64,000 nt of DNA from Minisyncoccota bacterium (GCA_028697455.1 JAQVEZ010000002.1:89921-153920), one strand, 5' to 3'. Shown: positions 1 through 10,399, counted from the first letter of the stretch. Translations and numbers: made by a program. Notes: generated by a model from the sequence alone, not told the origin.

Positions 1-368
1 ATAATAGAATAAGAACGGGGGTCCTTGATAAAGAAACAGGGAAAACTCAATACCTCACTCTTCAAACCTTGGCTGATAAATGCGTCTGGTCAAAAGAAAG
101 TCTTTATATTTATTGTGGGGTTCCCCTTTCTCTTGTTGGAAATGAATACCCTGATCTTTGGTATCAAGGGCTTCAATCATTTACCGATAGTCTTTGGGGG
201 ATTAGTGTTGAGAGTTTCAAGGAGGTTCAAATTTCTAACCTTTCAAGAGAGTACGAAGTAAACCTTGATATAGAAAAAATGGGAATTGACGAAAGAAACG
301 GCTACCTTTATTTTATTGATAAGAATACAGAATTCCTTTGGAGTTATAGATTAGATGCCTCTTCATAG
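1..368 (+). CDS. 3' end of a hypothetical protein (probable beta-propeller-like CPR protein), 5'-truncated by the window edge
   Basis: Frame open from position 3 (NRIRTGVLDKETGKTQYLTLQTLADKCVWS...YCGVP...PDLWYQG...FTDSLW) to TAG at 366-368; the listed ORF start at 69 is internal. Confidence 0.7.
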   Translation, partial: NRIRTGVLDKETGKTQYLTLQTLADKCVWSKESLYIYCGVPLSLVGNEYPDLWYQGLQSFTDSLWGISVESFKEVQISNLSREYEVNLDIEKMGIDERNGYLYFIDKNTEFLWSYRLDASS

Positions 369-411
369 AAGAGGTTTTTCTATTATAATGAAAGTATAGT
401 ATACTTTTAGT

Positions 412-2256
412 ATGTCATTTTTGTCGAGACTTTTTGGATCTTCTCAAAAAGAAGAACCTAAAAAAACAGTTTCTCCTATTTTACCAGGAGAAATTTATAA
501 AACAGCAAAACTCCAACTCCAAGATATTCTTGCACCCGCTGCCGTTGAAATTAATTCAAAGTTTGTAAAGATTGCAGGAAAAACTTCAAAGACTTTTTTT
601 ATCATGTCGTATCCGCGATTTCTTACTGATGGATGGCTCGCCCCTATTATCAATCTTGATAAGGTTTTTGATGTGGGGATACACATACAGCCAATTGCAA
701 CTGATAAAATCCTTAACGAGTTCAAGAAAAAAGTAGCTGAAGTTCAATCACAAATTAGTATCCGAGAGTCAAAAGGGCTTGTTCGTGATCCTATTCTTGA
801 TACTGCTTATCGAGATCTTGAGCAATTACGAGACGCTCTTCAACAAGCACAAGAAAAAATCTTTTCTGTAGGATTGTATTTTACTATTTATGCCGAAGAC
901 GAAGACGAGCTTTTCAAAACAGAAAATGAAATTCGCTCTCTCCTTGAATCAAAACTTATTTATGCAAAACCTGCGCTTTTTCAGCAAATGGAAGGATTTC
1001 TTTCGGTTGCCCCTCTTGCAAAAGACCGGCTTGAAGTCTATACCAAACTCAACACGGGGCCAGTGTCATCCTTCTTCCCGTTTATTTCTTCTGAACTTAC
1101 TGATGATAAGGGGATTCTCTATGGAATAAACCGACATAACTCGGGACTTATTATCTTTGACCGCTATTCTCTTCCAAACTACAACTCTGTTATTTTTGCT
1201 ACTTCGGGAGCGGGAAAATCATACGCAACAAAACTTGAAATTTTGAGAACCATGATGTTTGAAACAGAAGTTATTGTCATTGACCCCGAGCGAGAGTATG
1301 AATATCTTGCAGAAGCTGTTGGGGGAAGATATTTCAACATCTCTCTATCCTCAGAGCATCATATCAACCCCTTCGATGTGCCAAAACCTCTTGATGATGA
1401 AGATCCCGCTGATGTTTTGCGGACGCATACTATTCACCTTGTAGGACTTTTTAGAATCCTTTTAGGAGGACTCACTCCAGAAGAGGATTCCGTTATCGAC
1501 AGAGCCATCACTGAAACCTACGCACTCAAGGACATCACCCCTCAAACTGACTATTCACGAATTCAACCACCACTAATGTCAGATTTTGAAATGGTTCTTT
1601 CCTCTATGGAAGGGAGCGAATCACTGCTCACTCGACTCACCAAATATACTCACGGTACATGGGCTGGTTTTATTAATAAACCTTCAAACGTTGATATCAA
1701 CAAAAAACTTGTTGTTTTCTCTATTCGAGATATGGAAGATGAGCTGAAGCCAGCAGCGATGTACATTATTACTCAGTTTATCTGGAACGCCGTAAGAAAG
1801 AACATCAAAAAGAGACTTCTCGTTGTTGATGAGGCATGGTGGATGATGAAATCAGACGATACTGCTTCATTCCTCTTTATGATTGCAAAAAGAGGTCGTA
1901 AATACTATCTTGGACTTGCTACGATTACTCAAGACGTAGGGGACTTTATCAAGTCACGTTATGGAGTTCCTATTATCACCAACTCATCGATGCAAATCCT
2001 CCTCAAACAATCCCCAAGCGCCATCGATGATCTCCAAAAGATTTTTAGACTCACTGATGAGGAAAAATTCCTCCTTATAGAATCAGGGCTCGGAGAAGGA
2101 ATTTTCTTTGCGGGGCTTAAACATGTTGCTATCAAGGTTGTTGCTTCTTATACCGAAGACCAAATTATTACTTCAGATCCAGCTCAAGTTCTCGCTATCA
2201 AAAAATCAAAACAAGAGCTTCGATCGTCTGGAGGAGAAACTGCTTTTGTAAACTAA
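412..2256 (+). CDS. VirB4/TraC-like (HerA/FtsK superfamily) secretion ATPase
   Basis: Walker A ATSGAGKS, VIDPEREY, Walker B LLVVDEAW, KRGRKY..ITQ motifs; TATACT 6 nt before ATG. Confidence 0.85.
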   Translation: MSFLSRLFGSSQKEEPKKTVSPILPGEIYKTAKLQLQDILAPAAVEINSKFVKIAGKTSKTFFIMSYPRFLTDGWLAPIINLDKVFDVGIHIQPIATDKILNEFKKKVAEVQSQISIRESKGLVRDPILDTAYRDLEQLRDALQQAQEKIFSVGLYFTIYAEDEDELFKTENEIRSLLESKLIYAKPALFQQMEGFLSVAPLAKDRLEVYTKLNTGPVSSFFPFISSELTDDKGILYGINRHNSGLIIFDRYSLPNYNSVIFATSGAGKSYATKLEILRTMMFETEVIVIDPEREYEYLAEAVGGRYFNISLSSEHHINPFDVPKPLDDEDPADVLRTHTIHLVGLFRILLGGLTPEEDSVIDRAITETYALKDITPQTDYSRIQPPLMSDFEMVLSSMEGSESLLTRLTKYTHGTWAGFINKPSNVDINKKLVVFSIRDMEDELKPAAMYIITQFIWNAVRKNIKKRLLVVDEAWWMMKSDDTASFLFMIAKRGRKYYLGLATITQDVGDFIKSRYGVPIITNSSMQILLKQSPSAIDDLQKIFRLTDEEKFLLIESGLGEGIFFAGLKHVAIKVVASYTEDQIITSDPAQVLAIKKSKQELRSSGGETAFVN

Positions 2257-2264
2257 AACTCCTT

Positions 2265-2732
2265 TTATTTGGGAGTTTTTTTCTTGATAATAAGATAACG
2301 TTCTTTTCCTTCTCCCTCTGAATAAGAGTAGAGGAGGGGGTTTTTTTTGATCATTGAGTGAATAATCATTCGTTCAAAAGCATTACTATACTTAAACTCA
2401 TACGGCTTATCAAAAAAGAGTACCCGTTCTGCTGCAATGAGTGCTTTTTGTTTTGCTTCTGCAACAAAATGGATATTCTTTTTGTTAATATCAAAAATAC
2501 TATCTTGGTAGAAATGATATTTTTTTTCAAAAAGAAGTTTAAAAAAATGGCTAAAATCTCGAAGCACTTCATTATTATTTTCAAAAAAAATACGTTCCTC
2601 ATAAGAGGGGACACGTATTGAAAAAAAGAGGATACGAAGATCGTTATCGAAAAAGGTTGTTATTTCTTTGGTTTTTATGCCCATCATTTCAAGAACAAGC
2701 TTTATTTCTTTGATATAAAGATCCTTTTCCAT
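2265..2732 (-). CDS. Jag/KhpB (EloR)-like R3H-domain RNA-binding protein, short form
   Basis: C-terminal R3H motif (NAFERMIIH...SYSEGEGKERYLII); canonical position downstream of yidC. Confidence 0.75.
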   Translation of the reverse strand: MEKDLYIKEIKLVLEMMGIKTKEITTFFDNDLRILFFSIRVPSYEERIFFENNNEVLRDFSHFFKLLFEKKYHFYQDSIFDINKKNIHFVAEAKQKALIAAERVLFFDKPYEFKYSNAFERMIIHSMIKKNPLLYSYSEGEGKERYLIIKKKTPK

Positions 2733-2768
2733 TAAAAATAATTATAGCACTTTTTGAAGGAAAATAAA

Positions 2769-3482
2769 CTATGCTTGTTTTTTAAGGAGTTTTTTATGAA
2801 AAATCAATTCCTGAATAATCATAAAGAGGTTTGACGTTACCCAATAAACAGAAACCTCAGGCCCAATAACATAAGAAAAGATCATGAGCATCCCTGGAAT
2901 AATATATTTCATAAAACCATTCATAAGAGCCATAACTTTTTCTTGGTCAGTTGAATCATTCGTTAGGGTTGGTTGGTTGACCTTGTTAGACCTATGCATG
3001 TAAATATACTGTGTTACCCCCACAAAGAAAGCAAGGATGAGATTCTTTTTTGAAAAATCAATAATCCAATGAGCATTCACAAAACCTGGGTTATCAACAA
3101 AAGAATAAAGGAGATCAGTATTAATTTCTATTCCCCCATCACGAAAAACAAGGTACAGGGCAATGATAATAGGAAATTGTATCAGCAAGAGAAAGAAACT
3201 TGAAAAAGGATTAATCCCTTCTCTTCGATAAATTTCAAGAGTTTTTTTTGCCTGCTCTTGTTTATCTTTAATTTTTTTAATTTCCCGAAGTTCTGGTTCG
3301 ATAAGCTTGTTTTTTATTTGCGTTTTAACAACCTTATATGAAAGAGGAGAGATAATGAATCTCACAATAACAGTAAGGAGAACGACCGCAAGGAAAAGTG
3401 AATTATGAGGTAAAAATCCTACAAAAAAAACAAGCGCATTGTAAAGGGGTTGGTAAAAAAGAATATTCCAGAGAGTAATCAT
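2769..3482 (-). CDS. yidC: YidC/Oxa1 membrane protein insertase
   Basis: YQPLYNALV, LTVIVRFIISPL, EGINPFSS..LLIQFPIIIALY, YWVTSNLF; rpmH-rnpA-yidC-jag synteny. Confidence 0.92.
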   Translation of the reverse strand: MITLWNILFYQPLYNALVFFVGFLPHNSLFLAVVLLTVIVRFIISPLSYKVVKTQIKNKLIEPELREIKKIKDKQEQAKKTLEIYRREGINPFSSFFLLLIQFPIIIALYLVFRDGGIEINTDLLYSFVDNPGFVNAHWIIDFSKKNLILAFFVGVTQYIYMHRSNKVNQPTLTNDSTDQEKVMALMNGFMKYIIPGMLMIFSYVIGPEVSVYWVTSNLFMIIQELIFHKKLLKKQA

Positions 3483-3521
3483 AAAAAGAATTGTAGCATG
3501 ATCTTCAAAAAGAAGGTAGGA

Positions 3522-3842
3522 CTAAACAAGCGATTCCATTATTTTTTTTAATTCTTTTTCTAAATCAACAAAAGAGAGGTCTTTTGTATCTTTAAAGACA
3601 GTAATAACAACAGCAAATGAAAGCTTTTCTTGATAAGATCTCAAGAGGGCAAGAATTCTTCTTTTTTGTTTATTCCTTAAAACTCTTTTTTTGATAATTT
3701 TTTTAGGAACAAGAACCGCTGCTTTAAAGTGTTTGGAAGGAAGATATCGTAATTTAAGAAAAGACGATTTATTAACAGAACGTCCTTTTGTATAGATTTT
3801 TTTAAAATCACTACTTTTAATTCTCTGTCTTTTTGAAAGCAT
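3522..3842 (-). CDS. rnpA: RNase P protein component
   Basis: MLSKRQRI..SDF, VPKK...VLRNKQKRR (RNR-like motif); synteny. Confidence 0.9.
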   Translation of the reverse strand: MLSKRQRIKSSDFKKIYTKGRSVNKSSFLKLRYLPSKHFKAAVLVPKKIIKKRVLRNKQKRRILALLRSYQEKLSFAVVITVFKDTKDLSFVDLEKELKKIMESLV

Positions 3843-3881
3843 AGTTCTTTTTTATACTAAAAATCCCTTTTTAAAAAGGGT

Positions 3882-4028
3882 TTAAAGTGTGGTTAATTTA
3901 TTTCTTCCTTTTCGTCGTCGAGCAAGAATCACTGCGCGTCCACCAACAGTCTTCATTCGAGAAAGAAATCCATGAGTTTTATGAGCTTTTCTCACTTTAA
4001 GCTTTTTTAAGGTTTGAGATTTTGCCAT
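3882..4028 (-). CDS. rpmH: 50S ribosomal protein L34 (not in ORF track, 48 aa)
   Basis: Hand translation [48 protein letters not shown]; HGF..RM...GR.V..RRRKGR signature; divergent from dnaA. Confidence 0.95.
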   Translation of the reverse strand: MAKSQTLKKLKVRKAHKTHGFLSRMKTVGGRAVILARRRKGRNKLTTL

Positions 4029-4109
4029 AACAATAGTAACTAAGGTTTAATAATAATATGCACCTTATACTATAGAAAAAAGAAAAAGAATCAAGTGTCT
4101 TTTAATCAA

Positions 4110-4165
4110 AAAAATTATCCACAGACTTATACACGTTTTACAATTTTTGTCTTTTTTTCCACATA
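4110..4165. promoter_or_regulatory. DnaA-box cluster upstream of dnaA (oriC part 1 / dnaA autoregulation)
   Basis: TTATCCACA 4115-4123, TTATACACG 4127-4135, TTTTCCACA 4155-4163. Confidence 0.75.
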
Positions 4166-4201
4166 TGAGATTCTCTAGTATAATAAGAAAGTAATTGCTC
4201 T

Positions 4202-5554
4202 ATGAATACTATTGATAAAATCTGGAAAAACATTCTAACAGAAATAGAACTCGAAATATCAAAACCTAATTTTAATACTTGGTTCAAAAAAACCTTCGCT
4301 CTCAATAAAGAAGGTGGTGTTTTTATCATTGGTGTTCCTAACGAGTTTAATAAGGAGTGGCTTCATAGTAAGTTTCACGAAATGATCCTCGAAAAACTTC
4401 AAAAATACGATGAAGGAATAAATTCAATAGAATATAGGGTTAAAAAACAAAATCTCGAGAAGAAACCTGCTCCTTTTGAAGAAGAGGGGAAGAAAAATTC
4501 AGGAAGAACACTTCCTTTTGAAATGAACACGGTAAACAAGGAAACGGGATTAAACGAAAAGTATTCGTTCCATTCGTTCGTTGTAGGACCCTTTAATGAA
4601 CTCGCTTACTCAGCGGCTCAAGCTATTATAAAGAAACCAGGAGTATATAATCCTCTCTTCATCTATGGATCAACAGGATTGGGGAAAACTCATCTTATTC
4701 AAGCAACAGGTAACAAAATAGCTCAGGATTATGAAAATTTAAAGATTTTTTATACGAGTTCAGAAAAATTTTCTCAAGATTACGTAAACGCTCTCAAAAA
4801 CAACTCAATAAACGCCTTCAAAAACAAATACCGAAGTTATGACCTCCTTATTATGGATGATATTCAATTCTTTTCAGGAAAAGAAAAACTTCAAGAAGAA
4901 CTCTTTCATTTGTTCAATATTCTTTATGATAAAGAAAAACAAATAATCTTTTCATCTGATAAACACCCAAATTATATTATTGGGCTTGAAGATAGATTAC
5001 GGTCTCGATTTTCTGCAGGGATGATTGTTGATATAACCAAACCCGATTACGAATCAAGATCTGCCCTCCTTAAAACAAAAGCAAGTCAAAGAAAGATACC
5101 TATTAATGAAGACGTTGTAGATTTCTTGGCATCAAATCTTGATGGAAATATTCGTGACCTCGAAGGAATCCTTAATTCTATTAATATTCAAACAGAATTA
5201 AAACAAAAGAAACTTTCAATTCAGGATGTTAAAGCTCTTATAAAAAATAATATAAAACCCAAAAAACATCTTGCAGTGGATGAGATTATAAAAATAGTTT
5301 CTGAATTCTATAATACTGAGACAGAAAAGATATACGACAAAACAAGAAAAAAAGAAGTTGTATATGTAAGACAAATTATTATGTATATCCTAAGAGAATT
5401 CTTTAATGTCTCATATCCAACAATTGGGAAAGAAATTGGTGGAAGAGATCATACGACCGTTATTCATTCATACGAAAGGGTAAAAGAATTTATGAAAGAA
5501 GATCCAAACATTGTTCAAGAAATAGATCAATTAAAAGCAATCCTTGATGTGTAA
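4202..5554 (+). CDS. dnaA: Chromosomal replication initiator DnaA
   Basis: YNPLFIYGSTGLGKTHL, LLIMDDIQF, RLRSRF, GGRDHTTVIHS. Confidence 0.98.
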   Translation: MNTIDKIWKNILTEIELEISKPNFNTWFKKTFALNKEGGVFIIGVPNEFNKEWLHSKFHEMILEKLQKYDEGINSIEYRVKKQNLEKKPAPFEEEGKKNSGRTLPFEMNTVNKETGLNEKYSFHSFVVGPFNELAYSAAQAIIKKPGVYNPLFIYGSTGLGKTHLIQATGNKIAQDYENLKIFYTSSEKFSQDYVNALKNNSINAFKNKYRSYDLLIMDDIQFFSGKEKLQEELFHLFNILYDKEKQIIFSSDKHPNYIIGLEDRLRSRFSAGMIVDITKPDYESRSALLKTKASQRKIPINEDVVDFLASNLDGNIRDLEGILNSINIQTELKQKKLSIQDVKALIKNNIKPKKHLAVDEIIKIVSEFYNTETEKIYDKTRKKEVVYVRQIIMYILREFFNVSYPTIGKEIGGRDHTTVIHSYERVKEFMKEDPNIVQEIDQLKAILDV

Positions 5555-5761
5555 AAAGCTGTTAATAAACTTCTCATAAGTTCTGAACAATTTGTTAACA
5601 AAAAAGTTAATAAATAATATTCACAAAATTATTCAGTTTCCACATTTTTTATCCACAAGAAAAAAATAAAAAATCTCTTTAATTTATTAAACATTTTATT
5701 TAATCCCCAGAATTAACAGCCCTAATAATAGATAATAATTTTATTCTATTAAATTAATATT
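5555..5761. other. Probable oriC unwinding region (dnaA-dnaN intergenic)
   Basis: Perfect DnaA box 5649-5657 plus several degenerate boxes; tandem degenerate boxes 5701-5718, GCCC, then TAA TAA TAG ATA ATA trinucleotide run and an AT-rich tract. Confidence 0.8.
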
Positions 5762-6862
5762 ATGAAAATAGAAGCTCACTTAGAAAAAATTAAAGATGCT
5801 ATCTCTCGAATACAAAAAGTATCAGCAAAGAATATTAGTCTTCCTATTCTTGAAAATGTCCTTATAACATCTGGTAATAATACTCTTGTTTTAAGGACAA
5901 CGAATCTTCATGTTGGGGTTGAGATAACGGTACCAGTAAAGGTCATTGAAAAAGGGGAGGCGTTGGTTAAGCTTGAAGTCTTTAATGCCATTATTAATAA
6001 TTTAGGAAATGAAGAAGTTGTTATTTTTGAAGTTATTGATAACATACTAAAAATTACAACAGAAAAATCAGAAATGAGTATTAATCTTTTTCCTGTTGAT
6101 GACTTTCCAACACTTCCAAAAAAAGAAAATGAAGTTGAGATTAAACTTCCTCTCCCACTTTTTCTTGATGGAATACGATCGGTTATTTACGCTGCGTCAA
6201 CATCTGATATAAAACCTGAAATATCGAGTGTATATATTTATAGCGATAACAACGAAGTTATCTTTGTTTCAACAGATTCATTTCGGCTTGCAGAAAAACG
6301 AGTTGTTTTTGAAGGAAATGCTGATTTTCCAGGAATTATTATCCCTGTAAAAAATATCAATGAGTTTGTAAAAATCTTTTCTGGAATTGACGAAGAAGTA
6401 AGTGTTTTTATAGGAAAAAATCAATTTTTTGTGCAATCAGAAAATATTTTCTTTACTTCACGTTTAATCGATGGAAATTATCCAGATTACAAACAAATTA
6501 TTCCAAAAGAATCAAAAACAGAGTTTGTACTTCTCAAAGAAGAGCTTGTTCAGTCATTACGACTTGTAAATATCTTTTCAGATAGTTTTAATCAAATACT
6601 CATTAAAACAAAAAATAAAGACGGAAAAGTTGAGATTTTTTCTCGAAATACTGATGTTGGGGAAAATGAAACAGCCATAGACGCGGCAATAAAAGGCGAT
6701 GATATTGATGTGTATCTAAACCATAAATATCTTACTGATGTTTTTCCTGTTATTGGAAGTGATAGTATGAGTTTTTCATTTCTTGATAAAAACAAAGCAG
6801 CTGTTGTGCGATCAGTGGGAGATCCTTCATTTTTGTATTTGATTATGCCAATGAATCGATAA
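5762..6862 (+). CDS. dnaN: DNA polymerase III beta clamp
   Basis: STDSFRLA, SRLIDGNYPDYKQIIP, C-terminal YLIMPM; follows dnaA. Confidence 0.97.
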   Translation: MKIEAHLEKIKDAISRIQKVSAKNISLPILENVLITSGNNTLVLRTTNLHVGVEITVPVKVIEKGEALVKLEVFNAIINNLGNEEVVIFEVIDNILKITTEKSEMSINLFPVDDFPTLPKKENEVEIKLPLPLFLDGIRSVIYAASTSDIKPEISSVYIYSDNNEVIFVSTDSFRLAEKRVVFEGNADFPGIIIPVKNINEFVKIFSGIDEEVSVFIGKNQFFVQSENIFFTSRLIDGNYPDYKQIIPKESKTEFVLLKEELVQSLRLVNIFSDSFNQILIKTKNKDGKVEIFSRNTDVGENETAIDAAIKGDDIDVYLNHKYLTDVFPVIGSDSMSFSFLDKNKAAVVRSVGDPSFLYLIMPMNR

Positions 6863-6872
6863 TACTTTTGTT

Positions 6873-7118
6873 ATGGATATAAAAAAAGTTAAAGAGTTTC
6901 TCAAGCAACGTATTCCTCTTGATGAAGAAAAAGTAATTATTTTTGAAATACTCAAAAATTATTATCCAGAACTTGATTATTTTGATTTTAAATACAGTAA
7001 AGGAACCTTATATCTCTCAAAAATTCCTCCCTTGTATCGTACTCATATCAAATTAAATAAAATGACCATCAAAAAACTCGCAAAAGAAAAAGGGCTTGGT
7101 ATCTATGATATAATATAA
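6873..7118 (+). CDS. Small basic protein, possibly DciA (DUF721)-like
   Basis: 81 aa after dnaN; KGTLYL...helix...IYDI pattern resembles the DciA KH-like fold (by eye only). Confidence 0.45.
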   Translation: MDIKKVKEFLKQRIPLDEEKVIIFEILKNYYPELDYFDFKYSKGTLYLSKIPPLYRTHIKLNKMTIKKLAKEKGLGIYDII

Positions 7119-7120
7119 CC

Positions 7121-7603
7121 ATGATTATTATCGCTATTGATCCTGGGTACGATAGGCTAGGAATAGCAATCCTCCAAAAAGAAAAAAACAGCAAAGAAAA
7201 AATTCTTTTTTCTGAATGTTTTATAACAGAACGAGAAGAAAGTTTTTATAAGAGACTTTTTGCTCTTGGAAAAAGAATTGATGATCTTATCAAAAAATTT
7301 GAACCAAAAGCTCTTGTTCTTGAAGACTTGTTCTTTTCTCGAAACACCAAAACAGCACTCAAGGTAAGTGAAGCACGTGGTGTTATTGTTTTTCAAGCAC
7401 TTAATAACAATATTCCTATCTTTGAATATAAACCGAATCAAATAAAAGTAGCCATCACAGGTTATGGATCGGCAAAAAAAGAAGATGTTTTTTTTATGGT
7501 CAAAAAGCTTATTTCTCTTGAGGGGAGAAAATATATCGATGATGAAATCGATGCTATTGCAGCAGGGCTTACTTTTTTTGCTCACACGAATAATTTTGTG
7601 TAA
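7121..7603 (+). CDS. ruvC: Holliday junction resolvase RuvC
   Basis: IAIDPG..RLG, EDLFFSRN, EARGV, EYKPNQIK.AITGYGSAKK, DDEIDAIA. Confidence 0.95.
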   Translation: MIIIAIDPGYDRLGIAILQKEKNSKEKILFSECFITEREESFYKRLFALGKRIDDLIKKFEPKALVLEDLFFSRNTKTALKVSEARGVIVFQALNNNIPIFEYKPNQIKVAITGYGSAKKEDVFFMVKKLISLEGRKYIDDEIDAIAAGLTFFAHTNNFV

Positions 7604-7648
7604 AGTCCCTTTTTTTGTAAAAAATCTCAGCTGTGTATAATAATAACA

Positions 7649-10399
7649 ATGGAAGAAAAGAAAAAGAATTTTTTATCACAACAAAAAGAATCAGCAAAAA
7701 AACATAGAGATTATATGGAAATTCGAAGACAGCGAAGCGTTCAAAAAAAAGAAGAAGAAAAGAAAAAGAACAAAATATCTTACTTTTTCTTCTCGGTGAG
7801 TAAAAAAATAAAGACGTTTTATTTTGATATGAGTAAAAAAACAAAAAAAATAATAGAAGATAAAAAGCTTGAAGAAAAAGGGAATTCATTTTTAACCCTT
7901 AAAAATATAGCGTTTTTTATCCTTATTACTCTTTTTGTTCTTGCTGGAATATTTTTCATTTGGTTTGCAACACTCAAAATCCCAGATATTACCAATTTTG
8001 AAAACCGCAAAATTGCAAACTCAACAAAAATTTACGACAAAACAGGTGAAGTTCTTTTGTACGATATTCATGAAAACATCAGAAGAACCGTTGTTGACCT
8101 TGATAATATTGCACCATCAGCAAAGGACGCGATTATTGCTATCGAAGATCATTCTTTCTATGACCACAAAGGAGTCGTGGTGAGTTCAACTCTGCGGGCA
8201 ATTTTTCAAACAGCACTTTCAAAGATAGGAATGAGAAAAGGAGGAAGTGTTGGAGGGTCAACGCTCACTCAACAAGTGATAAAAAACACCCTTCTCACAC
8301 GAGATAAAGTTCTTTCACGAAAGGCAAAAGAATGGGTTCTCGCATATAAAATAGAACAACGCTTTACCAAAGATGAAATTCTTGAAATCTACCTCAACGA
8401 AGCTCCTTATGGAGGAACTCTCTATGGAATTGAAGAAGCTTCAAAACATTTCTTTGGTGTTTCTGCTTCAGAGCTCACCCTTGCTCAATCAGCATATCTT
8501 GCAGCTATTCCAAATCTTCCTACCTACTATTCTCCATACGGACCCAACAAAGATAAGCTTGATGCACGACAAAAAATTGTTTTGCAGCAAATGAAAAAGT
8601 ATGGATTCATTTCAAACGATGAATATAAAGAAGCCATGGTTGAAGAAGTCACTTTTCTCCCCCAAGAAGATAACTTTGCAAAATCACTACACTTTGTTCA
8701 GTACATACGAGCTTATCTTGAAGAAAAATATGGAGCCGATCTTGTCCAAAACGGTGGACTTAAGGTTATTACAACTCTTGATTATGAACTCCAAGAACGA
8801 GCTGAAGAAATAATCAAAGATCACGTTGAAGAGGTAAAAGATGTTTACAATGCCTCAAACGCAGCTCTTATGGCTATTGATGCCAAAACGGGACAAATCC
8901 TCAGTATGGTTGGTTCTCGAGATTATTCTGACACAGAAGACTTTGACGGAAACTTTAATGTAACCCTCTCACCACGACAGCCAGGGTCATCGTTCAAACC
9001 AATTGCCTATGCAACTGCCTTTGAAAAAGGGTATTTACCAGAAACATTTGTATTTGATACAGAAACACAATTCAACGCTCGCTGTGACGCAAGTGATACC
9101 ACCAGCAATAGCGGATGTTATTCTCCGCGAAATTATGATAACGCCTTTAAGGGACCTATTTCTTTAAGGTCAGCACTTGCAGAATCACGAAACATTCCTG
9201 CAGTAAAGGTAAACTACCTTGCAGGAATTAACAACGTTATCCAAAAAGCAAAAGATATGGGGATAACATCTCTTACCAAACCTGCAAGTTTTTATGGGCT
9301 TGGACTTGTTTTGGGAGGAGGAGAAGTTTCTCTCCTTGAAATGACAAGTGCCTATTCTGTTTTTGCTACCGACGGTATTTATCATAAACCAACAGGAATT
9401 CTCGAGGTCACTGATATGGACGGTACCGTTCTTGAAAAATTTACCCCAAACGAACAACGAGTATTGGGGGCAAATTCTGCTCGGATGATTAACAGCATTC
9501 TCTCAGATAATGTTGCACGAACGCCACTTTTTGGAGCCCAATCATTTCTTTATTTTGGTGAACGACCGGTTGCAGGTAAAACCGGAACGACCAACGACAA
9601 CAAAGATGCGTGGCTTATTGGTTACACTCCTGATGTGGTTGTTGGTGTGTGGACGGGGAACAATGATAACAAACCAATGAAGAAAGGTTCTTCAATTTCT
9701 GGAAAACCATGGCGACAATATATGGATGAAGTTTTGAAGAAGTACCCATCTTCTCGTTTTGATGGATATGCACTTCCAGACGATTTTGAAAGTCTCCCAG
9801 GAATGGTCCGAGGAGACTGGTATGGTGGAACAACCGTGTACCTTGATAGCGTTTCAGGAAAGCTTGCAACAGAGTTCACTCCTGAAGAATCAAAAATTGC
9901 GGTCCCTCAACCAGATCCTCATACTATTTTGTATAGTATCAACAAAGACAATCCGAGAGTTTTGGATTATTCACAAAGCGATCAACAATATCAAAACTGG
10001 GAATATGGTGTTCGGCAATATGTAGAAAAGAATATCGCGCCTCTTCTTTCCCAATTTAATATTCCTCTCCCTGAAGAAGAAGATGATATTCACACCGAAG
10101 AAGAGGCAGAAAGTGATTTTAACATCCTTCTTTCTGGGTATAGTCCCGAGAATGTTTATATGAAAGATCAGACGATTCACTTTATTCTTTCTTTTGTAGG
10201 AAGAGAGCTCAGTGAGATAAAAGACGTACAGTTCTTTATAAACAACGCCTTTGTCTCAAGTGATACCGATGCACCTTTTGATATTTCTTTTGTTCCTCAT
10301 GATCTCTCATACCTTGAACAAAATAACATTCTCAAGGTAGTTGCAACTGACACCAAGGGTTATAGCTCAAGCAAAGAATTCACGATCAATGTTCAGTAA
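7649..10399 (+). CDS. Class A penicillin-binding protein (transglycosylase-transpeptidase) with C-terminal Ig-like domain
   Basis: AIEDHSFY, GGSTLTQQ, RKAKE, QPGSSFKP (SxxK), SRN (SxN), KTGTT (KTG); single N-terminal TM. Confidence 0.93.
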   Translation: MEEKKKNFLSQQKESAKKHRDYMEIRRQRSVQKKEEEKKKNKISYFFFSVSKKIKTFYFDMSKKTKKIIEDKKLEEKGNSFLTLKNIAFFILITLFVLAGIFFIWFATLKIPDITNFENRKIANSTKIYDKTGEVLLYDIHENIRRTVVDLDNIAPSAKDAIIAIEDHSFYDHKGVVVSSTLRAIFQTALSKIGMRKGGSVGGSTLTQQVIKNTLLTRDKVLSRKAKEWVLAYKIEQRFTKDEILEIYLNEAPYGGTLYGIEEASKHFFGVSASELTLAQSAYLAAIPNLPTYYSPYGPNKDKLDARQKIVLQQMKKYGFISNDEYKEAMVEEVTFLPQEDNFAKSLHFVQYIRAYLEEKYGADLVQNGGLKVITTLDYELQERAEEIIKDHVEEVKDVYNASNAALMAIDAKTGQILSMVGSRDYSDTEDFDGNFNVTLSPRQPGSSFKPIAYATAFEKGYLPETFVFDTETQFNARCDASDTTSNSGCYSPRNYDNAFKGPISLRSALAESRNIPAVKVNYLAGINNVIQKAKDMGITSLTKPASFYGLGLVLGGGEVSLLEMTSAYSVFATDGIYHKPTGILEVTDMDGTVLEKFTPNEQRVLGANSARMINSILSDNVARTPLFGAQSFLYFGERPVAGKTGTTNDNKDAWLIGYTPDVVVGVWTGNNDNKPMKKGSSISGKPWRQYMDEVLKKYPSSRFDGYALPDDFESLPGMVRGDWYGGTTVYLDSVSGKLATEFTPEESKIAVPQPDPHTILYSINKDNPRVLDYSQSDQQYQNWEYGVRQYVEKNIAPLLSQFNIPLPEEEDDIHTEEEAESDFNILLSGYSPENVYMKDQTIHFILSFVGRELSEIKDVQFFINNAFVSSDTDAPFDISFVPHDLSYLEQNNILKVVATDTKGYSSSKEFTINVQ

